DNA of 49,500 bases, filler included, from Bipalium vagum (taxonomy: Eukaryota), in assembly GCA_037834085.1 (NCBI GenBank). It is 2 parts of 2 records of this genome, joined end to end, with 100 filler letters (N's around TTAATTAATTAA, not from the genome) between each part and the next. Parts side by side here need not be neighbours in the genome. Positions count along the whole stretch, not along the records: positions 1 to 22,989 come from JBBMKC010214807.1; 1 more part is not named here. One strand, 5' to 3'. The notes beneath the pieces are model-generated. The model was not told where the DNA came from. It saw nothing but the letters and a program-made list of their open reading frames with translations, and searched no databases. Every line of letters starts with the position of its first letter. Positions within the stretch are counted from its first letter, which is position 1. The position numbers were made by a program, and so were the translations under genes. Below, in pieces: positions 1-13,286 of this stretch.

Positions 1-707
1 TAAAAGTTCTTTAATTATTAAATTTATAAAAAAAATCAGACTGTTTTTCAGAACATGCTTAAGATTCTTCATATTGTAAAGTTGATATTTCGTTCGTTGT
101 TTGCTAAAAATGAAAGTTACGTGTTTGACTTTAGCGACTCTTCTCATTGTTAAAAGAGTTGTGATATTTGTTTGCTCATTGAAAAAGAAAAAAGATTTTG
201 TTTACCTTTTTTTCTCAGAGATGGATCTTAGGAAAAAAAAATAAAAAAATTTTAAAATTATAATAAAGAAAATTGTATTAAAGTCTTTACGACTGCTATT
301 TCTTAAGTCCCGGTTTCTTCTTATATAACCTTTGATATATATTATCCATTGCAATATTTTTAACATATATTTCTGGATATTGCCAGGAAAAAATATTTAT
401 ATAATACATTACTTCGACTTCCATTTTCCAAGTCATTCTCAAGTTCAAAAACAGTCTTAATTATTTCACCTCTTAGCTTCAGATCTCAATCGCAACTTCC
501 GAGAAGTGATAAATTAAAATAAGTTTAAAACATTTTAGTATCTTTAAAAATGCAGTTTTTTCAAAGAAATATAATAAAGAGGGCTTAACAATTGTTAAAT
601 TAACTTAATTTGTGTTCATGAATTCCTGATCAAAAGATATTGATTTTTGTGTAATAGTTATTGTCTATTATGACGTTTTGAAGTGACATTAAAATTTTCT
701 CATATTA

Positions 708-1090
708 CACGGTGTGTTATATAAGTAACCGAACTTCTGATTGAAATCATACACTAAAAGTTTCATTTTTTAAAACTAATCTACGTAATTCATCTTTGAA
801 AATCATAAATATTTAATATATTCGGATAAGTATATCATGCTTATGTCAACGATTTACAATGGAACAAAGAGCAAATATTAAATTTTCTTTTTAAATCGAG
901 AAAAAATTTACAGAGAAATATGCTCAAGAAAATTCCTTTAAATGACTTTGAAAAGTCTATACATGAACTTGCTGACCGTGCTAAACGTTTTATCGAATCC
1001 CATTTTGAGTAATTATAATCTTTCATGGATAATATAATGTGTATTTTACTGTTTATCATTAAAGTTCGATTATTTATATAAGCGAGCTGT
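708..1090 (+). mobile_element. Internally deleted mariner (MITE-like)
   Basis: Imperfect TIRs TA|CACGGTGTGTTATATAAGTAACCGAACTT and AAGTTCGATTATTTATATAAGCGAGCTG. Inside, a transposase N-terminus (MEQRANIKF) is fused to a C-terminal remnant (RAKRFIESHFE*). Confidence 0.65.
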
Positions 1091-3770
1091 TTTAAACACT
1101 TTTTTAATATTACAAACTTAATAAAAGTTTTTTAAAAATAACCAGTAAAAATATCGTTAGCTGTTTATCCTTACTCACGAAGATTTATTTTAAATAAATA
1201 ATTTTATAATTCAGGTATTCAACCTTACGTTATATTTCTATTTGGTTGAATATTGAAAATTTTAAACTGATCTAAAGAGCAAAGACTAATAATAGTTTCA
1301 GAATTAATCTAAACTTCATTTTCTACCGCATGGTATTCTATGTTATCATCACATAGTTGGTTGATGGGTCTTCATTGATTAATTTTGAAATTTTTATGTT
1401 AATTTTATCTCGGTGGCTTATCAACTTCCATCATAAAAACGAACCATAATTTTCCTGAGAGATTTTAATAATAAGGATAATAATAATATTTCCCAGTAGA
1501 TGTTAGTGAGTATTGATCAATTGTATCTTCATACAAATTATTTTTAGCAAAAAAATTCCATTATAATTTTGATATTTAATAATCTCGTGGTTATTTCCTT
1601 TTTCTTTAATATCCTTTTCATTTATGTACAGGTTATGTACAATGTAAGTACCGATTTTTTAAATGCATTAATAATTAAATATACTCAATTTATATTTTCC
1701 AAGAAATAGAATTTCCGAAATTTATGTAACTGTTTAATTGTTTTAATAAGTCAATGTTATTGGATTTATTTGCAGTAGACTTAAATTTCATTAATGTGTA
1801 AAATTGAGTGTAAATTGATTTACTAAATCAGTGATATTATTTACACTGCAATTAGAACACTTAAAATGGACAAAGATACCTAAACGAAGTCAATGACGAA
1901 AATATTTTCAAATATGAAAGGGACCGTGAGTGTTTTTGATTTTAAAAGCCTGAAGGCAGTCAATCAAAAATGAAAATATTAGCGAAATAAGTCATGTTTA
2001 TGAAGACGCATTAAAAAAATTGCTAAAACCGCTGCCAAGGCAGTTAGGTGGAATTTTAAAGCTTTAGATTATGTATATAATGTAATACATATATTATATA
2101 ATATAATGTAATAAGAGAAGATCTTGACTTTATCTATGCAAGTTAAATTATGAAGACTACTAAAAGAATTGCAATGCACGAAAGTTTAATTAATGAACAA
2201 TAATCAAGAAAGCAAAACCTGATTTTCATTGATGAAGCAACATTTTCTTTAAATGGATTATTCAATAGCTAAAAGATATTATTAAAAGAAAGACAGCTTG
2301 AAAGCTACCAGAAGTATATCACGATTTTATGAATGACTTTTATAATAGCTTACGAAAGCGATTTAATGTTAATTGTCATTTTGTAGAAAATTTTAAATTA
2401 TAATAAATAAATGTTACTGTGTAAAAATTTAAAAGTCTCATGTTGAGTTTTATTGTATTACCTTTTAAAATTAGATACTTACTTTATACACACTGCATTA
2501 AAAACATAGCTTACATATAACAAAATTAAGTAACGTAAACTTTATCTTTCTTAAAGTACATTAGTCCGTCACCTGATATATACTAACATACTGTAATGTT
2601 ATACGAAAGTCCTAGGAAGAAAAATATACCTTAAGGATTTTTGTTCAAAGTACTCTATACATTCAAGGAAAAAGTTGATCATTTATTTTATTGATTTCAG
2701 TAAACCGTCTCTGAGAAATAGCTCAACATTTTTAATAAATATTACAGGATAAAATAAAAGAAATAAGCTTGACATCCTACTAAATCACTTTTCCATCCAT
2801 GGGAATTTTAGAAATCTAATTGTAATGGTTCAATTTGTCAACCTTGTGCTTATTAAAAGCTAATCTTATCAACACGTTTTTTAAATAAATTTCAATAAAA
2901 AAAATATAATCTTTTTTCTTTCAATCATTAAATATAAATAATTATTTTCGACTTTTTCCTGATTAATCATAATTAATAATTTATTACCCACACATCTTTG
3001 ATATTTATGAATTACTTTTAATTATACATGTGCAGCGGGGATTGAATATGTATTTTTGTTTGAATTAAATGAAATATTTAAAATATCAAATCCATAGACC
3101 TACATTTCTTTAACTTAAACGCATTTCTTTATTTTTTTTATTAGAGAATAATGGGTTTTAGATGTTTTTACACTAAACAAAGCCGAATTCAATAATCCAC
3201 TATCAAATTTAGACATGTACCTCTGGTAGTGTTTGCTATCTTTCAAAATTATTTTCTATTTTCCTATGGATTCATTTGTCTTTTATGAATTTTTTATGAA
3301 AAAATCTGATGTTCTTTCTCCATTTTTATGTTTATGGTATAGTTTAGCTTTGTGGGTTATATTAAAGATGAGTGGGATAATCTGGAAATAAAGAAATCAA
3401 GCCACTTTTGTATTTTATATTAGTCAGGAAATTCCGATTTTTTTTACAAATGGGATTCTGAAATAAGTTTCTAGATGGAGAAAATGAGTAGAATTCAATG
3501 GTGAATGTAGTAAAATAAAATTTTTTGTCGAAAAAGGTGTAACATGTGAAAATTGATCTAGCACTTAAAATCTTATGATAATTATAATTTTTATAATATC
3601 CTTTTTGCCAATATTGCTAAATAAATGTCTTATTTTTTCTTTACGAATTTAAGTAATAACTTGGCTATGTGAACGTTTACTATTTACAAAACTTTAAATT
3701 TTGAATATTTTTTATTACACTCTCAATTGAAAATTATTTTAATTATCGGTCAGTTAGGTTTGGCAAACGT

Positions 3771-3956
3771 TCAAATTTAACCACAATAATGAATACCAAT
3801 CCTGAATGAATACCAATAATGAATAAATAATATAACTTTATTAAAACAATTAATAAAATGAACGACAATGCTAAACTGCTTTGAGTGTTAAATCACAATT
3901 TTCCCATGTTTCAGAGGGTAACAGAAATTTTTTAGGGTATTGTGGTTAAAATTTGA
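3771..3956. repeat. Inverted repeat pair (MITE-like)
   Basis: TCAAATTTAACCACAATA (3771) versus TATTGTGGTTAAAATTTGA (3938-3956), with internal AATGAATACCAAT duplication. Confidence 0.5.
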
Positions 3957-4339
3957 CCTGAAAATTCTAGGTCTTATTCCACAACTGTTAAATTAAATTA
4001 AATTAAATTAAAGAAACAATTAAAATATTTTTAAAAATATGGTTACTTTACTGTAAATTGATAAATGGCTTATTTTATTTTAAAATATTATTAGGTCCTA
4101 CTCAAAATGAGCTATTTTAACAACTTGTATAATATATATAATATTGAAACGAGGATTTACACAGAAAGGATTTTAATATTTATTTTGCTACCATTATTAT
4201 ACATATGAATTAATTCTGAACGTTTTTTAATAAAAAACTACTTAGAAAAAACAATTATATGTACACTAATCAAAGTATTTTGTATCGTTTGCTTTTATTA
4301 TAGTTACACGGATCTTCATAAATTAGCACATGTAATTCA

Positions 4340-4670
4340 TGGCCCTCGAACTTTTCCAGCTTATCTAAAAGAAATTTGTGATGGATCCTTAATTTCTAAA
4401 CTATTCTTTTATGATTTATAGGTCGGAGCAATTTCACTATAATCTTCCATAAGTATTCGATGAGTTTCAGCTGCTGCCTTATGACATTTTTAATTGAATT
4501 AAACAATATGTTATTGTTATAGTTCATATTGTTATTGTTATAGATTATTAGCTAAAAATTAAAATATATCCAAACTAAAAAAGATAAATAAATCTCAAGT
4601 TATTATAGGTTAAAATAATAATCAATAATTAATTGACATAAAAGCGGAGCAAATTAATTCACACACCTCA
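4340..4670 (-). mobile_element. Mariner relic (5' end, Mos1-like N-terminus)
   Basis: The minus strand reads KAAAETHRILMEDYSEIAPT, resembling the Mos1 HTH region, next to a TIR-like sequence at ~4641-4670. Confidence 0.55.
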
Positions 4671-5213
4671 AGACAAATTAATTCAAGGACAGAAATTACG
4701 TATTTTGATGATTAAAAGTTGCAAACGATTTAGGAGACCTTAACGACATGTAAAATCATTCTTCATAGCATATTACGATAATTTTGTTCCAAAAAATATG
4801 AACTATTAATTATACCTTAAAATAAAAAAATGCAAAATGTCTTAGTATCGTTATTTTCTTAATAAAAAAACCCGTGTGATGAACGATCGTGAATTACAAC
4901 AGTGAATGAAGGCAAAGAATGTTGAAAATATGTGTAGCCAGTGTCATAAGAAAACTCGCTTATATTTTTCCATCAATATCAAATGTTCAAGTTCCATGTC
5001 ATACTTATCGGAAATTAAATCTATTCTCTCTGAATTTCCCCAGCCTAACAAAGTAGCGTGAAGGAGTTATTTAATTTAAAATAATTCAATTTTATTTCTC
5101 TTATTGAATTGATCACTAGTATAATATATTTCGACAAAATAATGTTTCTTTTATCACTTTTTTATTATTTCACTTATTATAATTATTTCAATTATTGTTA
5201 TAAAGAAAAAATT

Positions 5214-5244
<31 letters not shown>

Positions 5245-5579
5245 TTATTATTATTACTTTTTTGTATTTGAATAAGGCGAACTTTATATTATTTTTTTAC
5301 ATTAATTTATATATATCATTACATTATTCTTAGATAATGAAAAATCTATAAATTACCTCTAAATATTTTCAACAAGTATATTCAGTCTTAACGTATTTAA
5401 GAAGATAATAATTATGTATATGTAACTTTAAAAATTTATTATTTTTAATATATATTTTAAAACATAACTAAAGCTAAGCTAAGATTAATTTATATTTTAA
5501 ATACAAAAAAGGTAACAATTAGATTCTATGCGATTTTATATTGATATATATTGATATCGTAACATTTTTTCAGTTTGAC

Positions 5580-6038
5580 ATGGAAAAAAGCCCACTGGAA
5601 TCGATTTCCAATAACATATCCCAATATCAGAACAGTTCAAGAATACATTCAACGTCTTCTGATACCAGTAAAAAATGGCAACCTAGTTTAAAACCTCAAC
5701 CAAATGACCCTGCTCACAATGAAAGTCAAAAGAACTATATGAATAATCTCGAAAGACAATATCTTCTCGCAGTCGAAAGAAGTGACATGAACACCATTAA
5801 AAAGTTTCTTGAATCGAGTCAACAAACGGGATTTAATATTAATTGTCGTGATGCTCTTGGACGGAATGCCATTATGATTGCTATTGAATGTGAACATATT
5901 GAGCTTCTAGAATTCCTTTTAAAATATGATTTGAACTTAGGAGATGCTCTTCTTCATGCTATCAGCGAAGAAAACCTGGAAGCTGTAGAAATAATACTAA
6001 ATGCTCAAGCAGAATATTCTCATGATAAAAAAGCTTCG
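5580..6038 (+). CDS. TRPC: TRPC coding exon 1 (ankyrin repeats)
   Basis: Acceptor ttttttcag ends at 5573, ATG at 5580, donor TCG|gtatct at 6039. An upstream exon is likely because the frame is open at the acceptor. Confidence 0.9.
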
Positions 6039-9000
6039 GTATCTTTTGAACATACATTTTTGAATGGTCTTTTATTAATCATTAAATAATAATTAATTTA
6101 AAGAACATTAAATTCATTTTGTCCTTTAATTGTGCGGATTTTTGTTCAAATTTATTTTTTGTTTTCCGAATTATAATGGTATAAGAAATGTGAAAAAACT
6201 GAAAATGCTGAAGAAATTATTTTTTATTTATATTTTTTTACTAACCAAACCAATGATCATGCATCACTTCTGAACCATACATGGCTAAATCATATTATTT
6301 TACCATTGTTTTTTGTTAACTTATCCTATTATAAAATCGAGGTTAATTAAATATTTATGAATTTAATATTTCTCATGTTATATAATATTTTTGAATCTAG
6401 ATTTACATAAAGATTTTTTCATTAGCGGAGCGTTTTATTGGAGCAAATTGATCTTAATAGCGACCATTTTCGTTAAACATAAATAATATACTATATAATT
6501 ACAAAAGTAAAGCTAAAAATACTTACTTTGAGATTAAATTAGTCATTTAAAGCAAGAACAACATGCTGCAGGTAATTCGAATGAGATCCAAAAATTGTTT
6601 TGCAAAAATCATTATATTAACAAAATAATTATTTTAAAAGTTAAAAAATTAAGTTTTGTTTAAATATTCTAATTTATATTAAAACTGACAATATTATTAT
6701 TTGAAAAATATGTTATGATAATATATTAAATAATATAATTACAAATTTAGAAACTTACAACAATAAAATAAAGAGCAAATTTTAGAGAAAATAAATAAGT
6801 GGGGTATGCCGCCAAAAGTCAAGAATGCACGGATTGCGCAAATAATAATGAAAATCACAGTGAAAATGTTATTATTTTTCGATTTCTTATGCCATTACTT
6901 AACCACAGAAAAAGAAATTTTAAAAAAAATTCAGCACAAGAAAAAAAATTTTCTTAAAAATTATTTCCGCAAAATCTTTTTTCCTGTTTCAGTCTTCTGG
7001 TAATATTCAGTAACCAAAACACTGAAAACCAGTTAAGCGAAGTCTACTTCATTAATAAATTTTTAACTAATTAATTAAATTACTGTTTTAGCCCATTTAA
7101 TGTGTAAATTGTCAATTCAGGATTCAGACATGTCCCATTTAAATAATTGGGCAGTCTCAAAATCGAATGATAATGCTGATAATAATGACAGCTCTTTTCA
7201 TTTAGGTTTCTCTTGTTAAATTAACAATTCTTTCAACTTTCTGACAACAATGATCACTAAAAAATGTATTTCTTCTGTATAGGCATGACCTTATGACATT
7301 GTTGTAACCATCACCGTTATCATAGAAAATAAATAATTTTTCTTTTTCCTAAAATCAATAAATCGAAAAAGAAATAAAAGAATAGTTAATTATATTTTTT
7401 GATACCCACTATATATAGAGATGCCTAATGTAAAAATGATTAAAAACAAATATAGAAAATTGGCTTCGATCCATATAAAATCTGTTCAATAATTTCTTCA
7501 CTAACGACAATTTTAATTGAAAGTGAATTAATGTTTTTTTCATTACCTTTGTTGAAAAAAAATTAAAATTATTTATTTATAATTTCCAGAGGTTGATATT
7601 TTCTCTGGTAATTAAATAAATTTCTTCTTGAAAGTAATTTCATGTTTTCAGCATGATACAGATAAATTAAGACTCCATTAAAACATTTTTTAAAATAAAT
7701 ATCATTTTTGAAATATTTTTATCAAATTTAATTCGATATGGATCTCATTTACCAAATTATTTTATATTTAGAAATTTAGAAATTTTAAGAAAACAATTCA
7801 ATGAAGAGATTCCATCAAATATTACAAATTTTGTATTATCATTATTATTATTTATATTATTATTATTTATATTATTATTATTTATATTGTTATTATTATT
7901 TATATAATTATTATTATTTATTGTTATTATTATTATCATAATTTTTATGTTTATTATTATTATTATAATTATTTTTTTATTATTGTTATAAATATAAATA
8001 TAAATATTATTATAGTTATTATTGTTATTATTTTTTTATAATTATAATTATTGTTATTATTATAGTTATTATTAATAAATAATTATTTTTATAATTATTT
8101 TTATTATATATTACTCTTTATATCTTTATATCTTTTACTTTATAATTGGTTTTCATTGAAATTTTATAAATCAGACAAAATTTAATTCGATGCTAAAGTT
8201 TAGAATTTATAAGATATTTTTTAAAAATTTTGAAATTAAATTATAATTTTTGAATAAAATAATAATTTTATAATTGTATAAAAATTTCCTCATATAATCA
8301 AGCTTGTTTCTTAATTAAAATATTTAAATTTATAAAGCGTATTTTTCTTTTGCCATTTCAAATGAAAATTAAAAGTTCATGCTCATCGATTTGAAAAAAT
8401 ATTAATATAATCAATATTATCAAAGAGAAATGTTGAAAAGGGATAAAGGGATAAATGTTTACCAGAGAAAAATAATCAAGAGATAAAAGTTGAACTCAAG
8501 CAAAGTATTCTTCAGCTGTTATGGAGATCTTTTTTTTATGAAACTAATTTCTGGAAAACGAACTAAGGAATCGGCCTCAATGGGAACTATGTGGAAACTG
8601 ATATCTATTTTTACGTCTAGTTTGTAAATAAAAATGTTGATTTTTTTTAATATTTTTAAAATTTCAAAATGAAAAAAAATAAAAATATTTACCATCAATA
8701 TTATTTATTATATTTAATAATATTATTTGAATTTTAGGACAAAAATTTATACGACTTAGTTTCCGATTTGTTTTAATAAAAGAAAATGTCCAAAACATTT
8801 TTTCGTAATTTTTCTGATCAGGAAAGATTTTATTTTTGATAATTTTAGAAGTTTTGTTCAATTTATTTTTCAAAAACATTCTTTTACAAATAAAACGCTT
8901 AATAAAATTTGCAAAAAAATTATATTTCCCATATTTCGTAAAATATTTTTGTTTATATTTTACCGGGGTCTTATACTTCGCAGGCATATTATGCATCCAA

Positions 9001-12000
9001 CCCATCCAGCTCATTTACTCCGGATATTACTCCTCTGATTTTAGCGGCACATAGAGATAATTATGAAATTATTAAACTTCTTCTGGAAAGAGGTGATCGA
9101 ATTCCGAAGCCGCACGATCTGCGTTGTGCTTGCAATATTTGTACGGAATCTCAAAAGCAGGACTCCCTCAGACACTCGAAATCAAGAATCAATGCATATC
9201 AGGCACTGGCCTCACCATCCTTAATTGCATTGTCGAGTAAAGATCCAATATTGACGGCATTTGAGCTTAGTTGGGAATTAAAGAGACTGGGTAGACTGGA
9301 AAACGAGTTTAAGTCTGAATATGAAAGACTGTCAAGTAAATGTGAAGAATTTGCTCGTGCTCTTCTGGAACAAACCAGGGGATCAGAAGAGCTGGCAATA
9401 CTACTTAACCACAGCAATGGTTCATTTACCAACAAGACTCTCAACGACAGAAATGCGGATTCCCTTGTAGATACTCACGGCCTGGCCAGACTAAAATTAG
9501 CAATTAAATACAACCAAAAATCGGTTAGTTTCTCATTGTTTCGGAACCGTTGATTTAGAGCTTTCATAGAAATATTGATTGTTATTTATAAAAATATTTA
9601 TTAATAATTTTATTCCCTCTTTTACAAATCTTAAAACATAATTAATTTTTATTATCTGTGTTAAACTTTTGAAAGGAAAAAGTTGATGGGAAAGTAAATT
9701 AATTTTATCATGAAAAATTAATATAAATAACGATCCAATCTGTGCTCAGGTTTTTTTGTATTTATATTTGTCAGTTATTATTTATATTGTAATAAATAAT
9801 ATTAATAATTAATATTTTATCCATTTTTATTGCAATTATTATTGCTGAGAAAAATGGAAGAGATGCTCGTGAAGGTAAGCCAACCGACTTTTAATCATGT
9901 ACAAATTTCAGATCATGTTTCTATTGACCAATAAATTTTAACCTGGGGTTTTTTCGACATACAAGCCTTTATTTCAAAAAAACATTGCAGGACTTTTCAA
10001 TCAGAAGAAAATCTTTTTAGAGAAATTTAAGGTGTCTCTGAACAAATGTATTCAGTTAATACATGTATGGGGCCCAGATATTTTAGAAGTCACAATTTGA
10101 AAAATCTCGCGGCCTTTGTTTAAAGAATTAACAAGAAAAAAATTCAAACAAATATAGTAAAAAAATATTGTTAAATAAATTAGTTCTTTCATGTGACAGT
10201 GAAAATGTAGCTGGAAATCGATTTCAGATAATTTTTACGGTATTTGTCCAAAATTATTTCAAGAAAAAAATTATTGAAGAAATCCTTATATTGTACAACA
10301 AAAATCACATCATATTAGGTGTCCAAGTAAGTTCTGGCCGAATTCTTTTAAAAGAAATGAATTCAAAATTTTTAACTTCAGATATACAATGCAATTACAT
10401 GAATGCATTACATCAGTACTACATATAAATACTGTGTTTCACTTCATAAGTTTCTTTATCTTTTCTAAATCTAAATTTTCTTATGAAAAAGGTGATCGTA
10501 CGAATACTTTTTGCAGGTACTGTATATATTCATCAAAATATGATCAAATTTTATTACTTCTTTCCAATGTTTTGCACCTTGGTAGTTTAATTTTTATAAA
10601 AATCTTTTTTCTTACTAAGGATGAAATTGCACACTTCATTTTTAGATCCTCTTCAATAGCCAATGTCTTTCTCCTCAAATAGTTATCAAGATTAAGAAAT
10701 AAGTGAAACTCGGCTGTGGGAATATGGCGGATGTCACATGATCTCACATAAAGTTGCGTTTTTTTCCCCATGCAACCGAGCATTATTTTGAAGAAATAAA
10801 ACGAACGGCGGTGGTTATTCTACCAATATCAGTTGTTATTGTTCCGATTTTAGAAACTTATTATGAATGATTCCTTCACAAGTCCAACAGACACAGTAAA
10901 AGGTTTAACTGGAATATTCTAGCCTTTAGAATTTGTGTTAGGAGAAATAACCAATGATGTATTCTCTTTGGTTTAGTGTGCATTACATCATCGAGTGTCA
11001 GTATTCTATGGAAAAATGGCTTTATTCTTAGCCGACTACGATGAAAGGTCACATTATCAATTACTAACATCTATTCTCTGACATTAAGTTATCTGGAACC
11101 ATTTGTTTCTTTTGCACCTTATTCCAATCTGATGCATATGGAATCTGATATTTTCTTCGTTGAAATTAAATTTCAAATCAATTTTCTTACATGTTTGACT
11201 TAAATCTTATCGGATTGTTTTTCTGAAATCAGTAATGTTTATATTAACCGGTCTCTCAAATCTCGTTGCACCTTCCATATTTCATAATCAAAACAAAATT
11301 TCTCAAACCAAACATGAGCAGTTCTTTTCTTTACTATACTTATCCAAATACTGAAAAAAAATTTTCAATCAGTTTCTGAGGCTTCGAATCCGAGTTTAAA
11401 TTTATACGGTAAGTAGGAACGCATGATTCAGTTTCTGTGCACAATTTGGACTACTAAAAAACTTAAAATATCAATTAATAATAATTGTTTTAAATATCAG
11501 GTTACATTTTTAATTTAAAGTAATCTAATAAAACAAATTGATTTTCTGAGGAATAAAAAAATATTTAATTAAGTTTTAGAACCATCCATAATACATGTAA
11601 ATATCAATAAATGTTTTAAAAATCATTTTATATTATCAAGCCTAAATTTACTTAATTTTTTTTCAAAAAGTGTTTTCTTTTTAGCAACTGGCTCTTAGAA
11701 AATATTACAATTGTGATATATTTTTAAAAACGAAGGTTTAAAAATTGAAATGTTTATCTTAACTAAAAATTATAATATAAAATTTATTTATGTTGGAAAA
11801 TAAATAATTAAATATTAAATTGAATCACGATATACTTTAGTTCCAATTATTATTATTATTATTAAAAATATTAAAGAAAATAAAATATTCACTTTCAAAG
11901 AGAGTGAAATAAAATTTTAATTAATAATTTTCCGATTTCGGTTAAATATGTTTATTTAATATTATAATTTTGATGAATGTTTGGATAAGAACGACATCAA

Positions 12001-13214
12001 ACCGAAATTTGAAAAATAAATAGAGAAATCTTGACCATTTGCTCCAGCTTTTTTGTCTGGATTTCAAATCATTGCAAATCAATATTTATTCAATTTAAAA
12101 ATTAATATTATTAATGGATTTAATAAATATTGGAACATCAAATTTAAGTACCATATGAGATTATTTTAGTAAATAATAAAATAAATTATTACTGATATTC
12201 AGTTTCAATACTTGACATCAAGTTTTATTACGGATAACAGATATCCGATGAAAAATAAAGGGAATTCAATCAATATTATTAAATAATAATATTAAAATTA
12301 AAATTATAAAATATCAGAAAATTTCAAATTGGCACATTGTCAGTGGTATTAAGCTATATACAATATATGTAATATATTTATATATCAGTTATATCAATTA
12401 ATAATTATTAAATGGGTTTCAAAAAATTTTCGTATTTGAATAAACTTCACTTTACTTAGTGTGTTTTATTTTTCACCTTCTGATATTTCTTTAACTTTCT
12501 GTGACTTACCAGAAATATTCGGTGTAGCAGTTAATTCTGTGGAATTTTTTAAAAAATAAAATGTATTTATTTAAGTCTGTTGAGGGAAAAAATTATATCA
12601 GTTGTGGAATTAAGCCCTTGCCGCTTTTTTATAAAAAGTGAAAGTCCTTATCTTTAAATTATCTTTTTCTTTATTTATCGAAATAGCGTCCATCAGACTT
12701 TTCATTTTGTCTTAACGGTGTTACAACTGAGTTCTACCATTTTGTTGGGCTTGCCAAAGGCACAAACCGTGAAAATATGAGATTAATAATAATAAAAATT
12801 AAATGTGAATATTGATAACTAGCATCACATAAAAATTATTGAATTGTCGGTCACCTTAATTTTCGAAATCAATTATGATTTATTAAAATATATCAATTTA
12901 TGAATTTTTTATGCCTATTCCATAATTATTGATTGGCCGTATATAATTCAATAAGCAGGAGATCCTTGACCACATATAACTTGTAGATATGATAATTTAA
13001 TTCAGCTCAGTTTTTTAGAAGGATATCAAATTCTCTTCTCTCCAAAATTTAGTGGCTACATATTCTGACAAACAAAGTTTTTAGCAAAAATATTAAAACT
13101 ATTTATTATGATATAAATAAATATCTAAAAACTAGAGATTTATGGAAATTATTTCAATACGACAACTTTGCACTATAAATAAAATTATTAAACTTTACTT
13201 TAAATAAATAATTG

Positions 13215-13286
<72 letters not shown>

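Noticed and set aside
1840-2500. Tc1-like relic (FIDEATF fragment)
   Set aside because: A single short motif without clear TIRs; likely a relic but not supportable as a feature.
5109-5333. Poly-Ile/Asn/Tyr ORFs (also 7757-7939, 15413-15679, 33142-33333)
   Set aside because: Translations of (ATT)n microsatellites or of the N gap.
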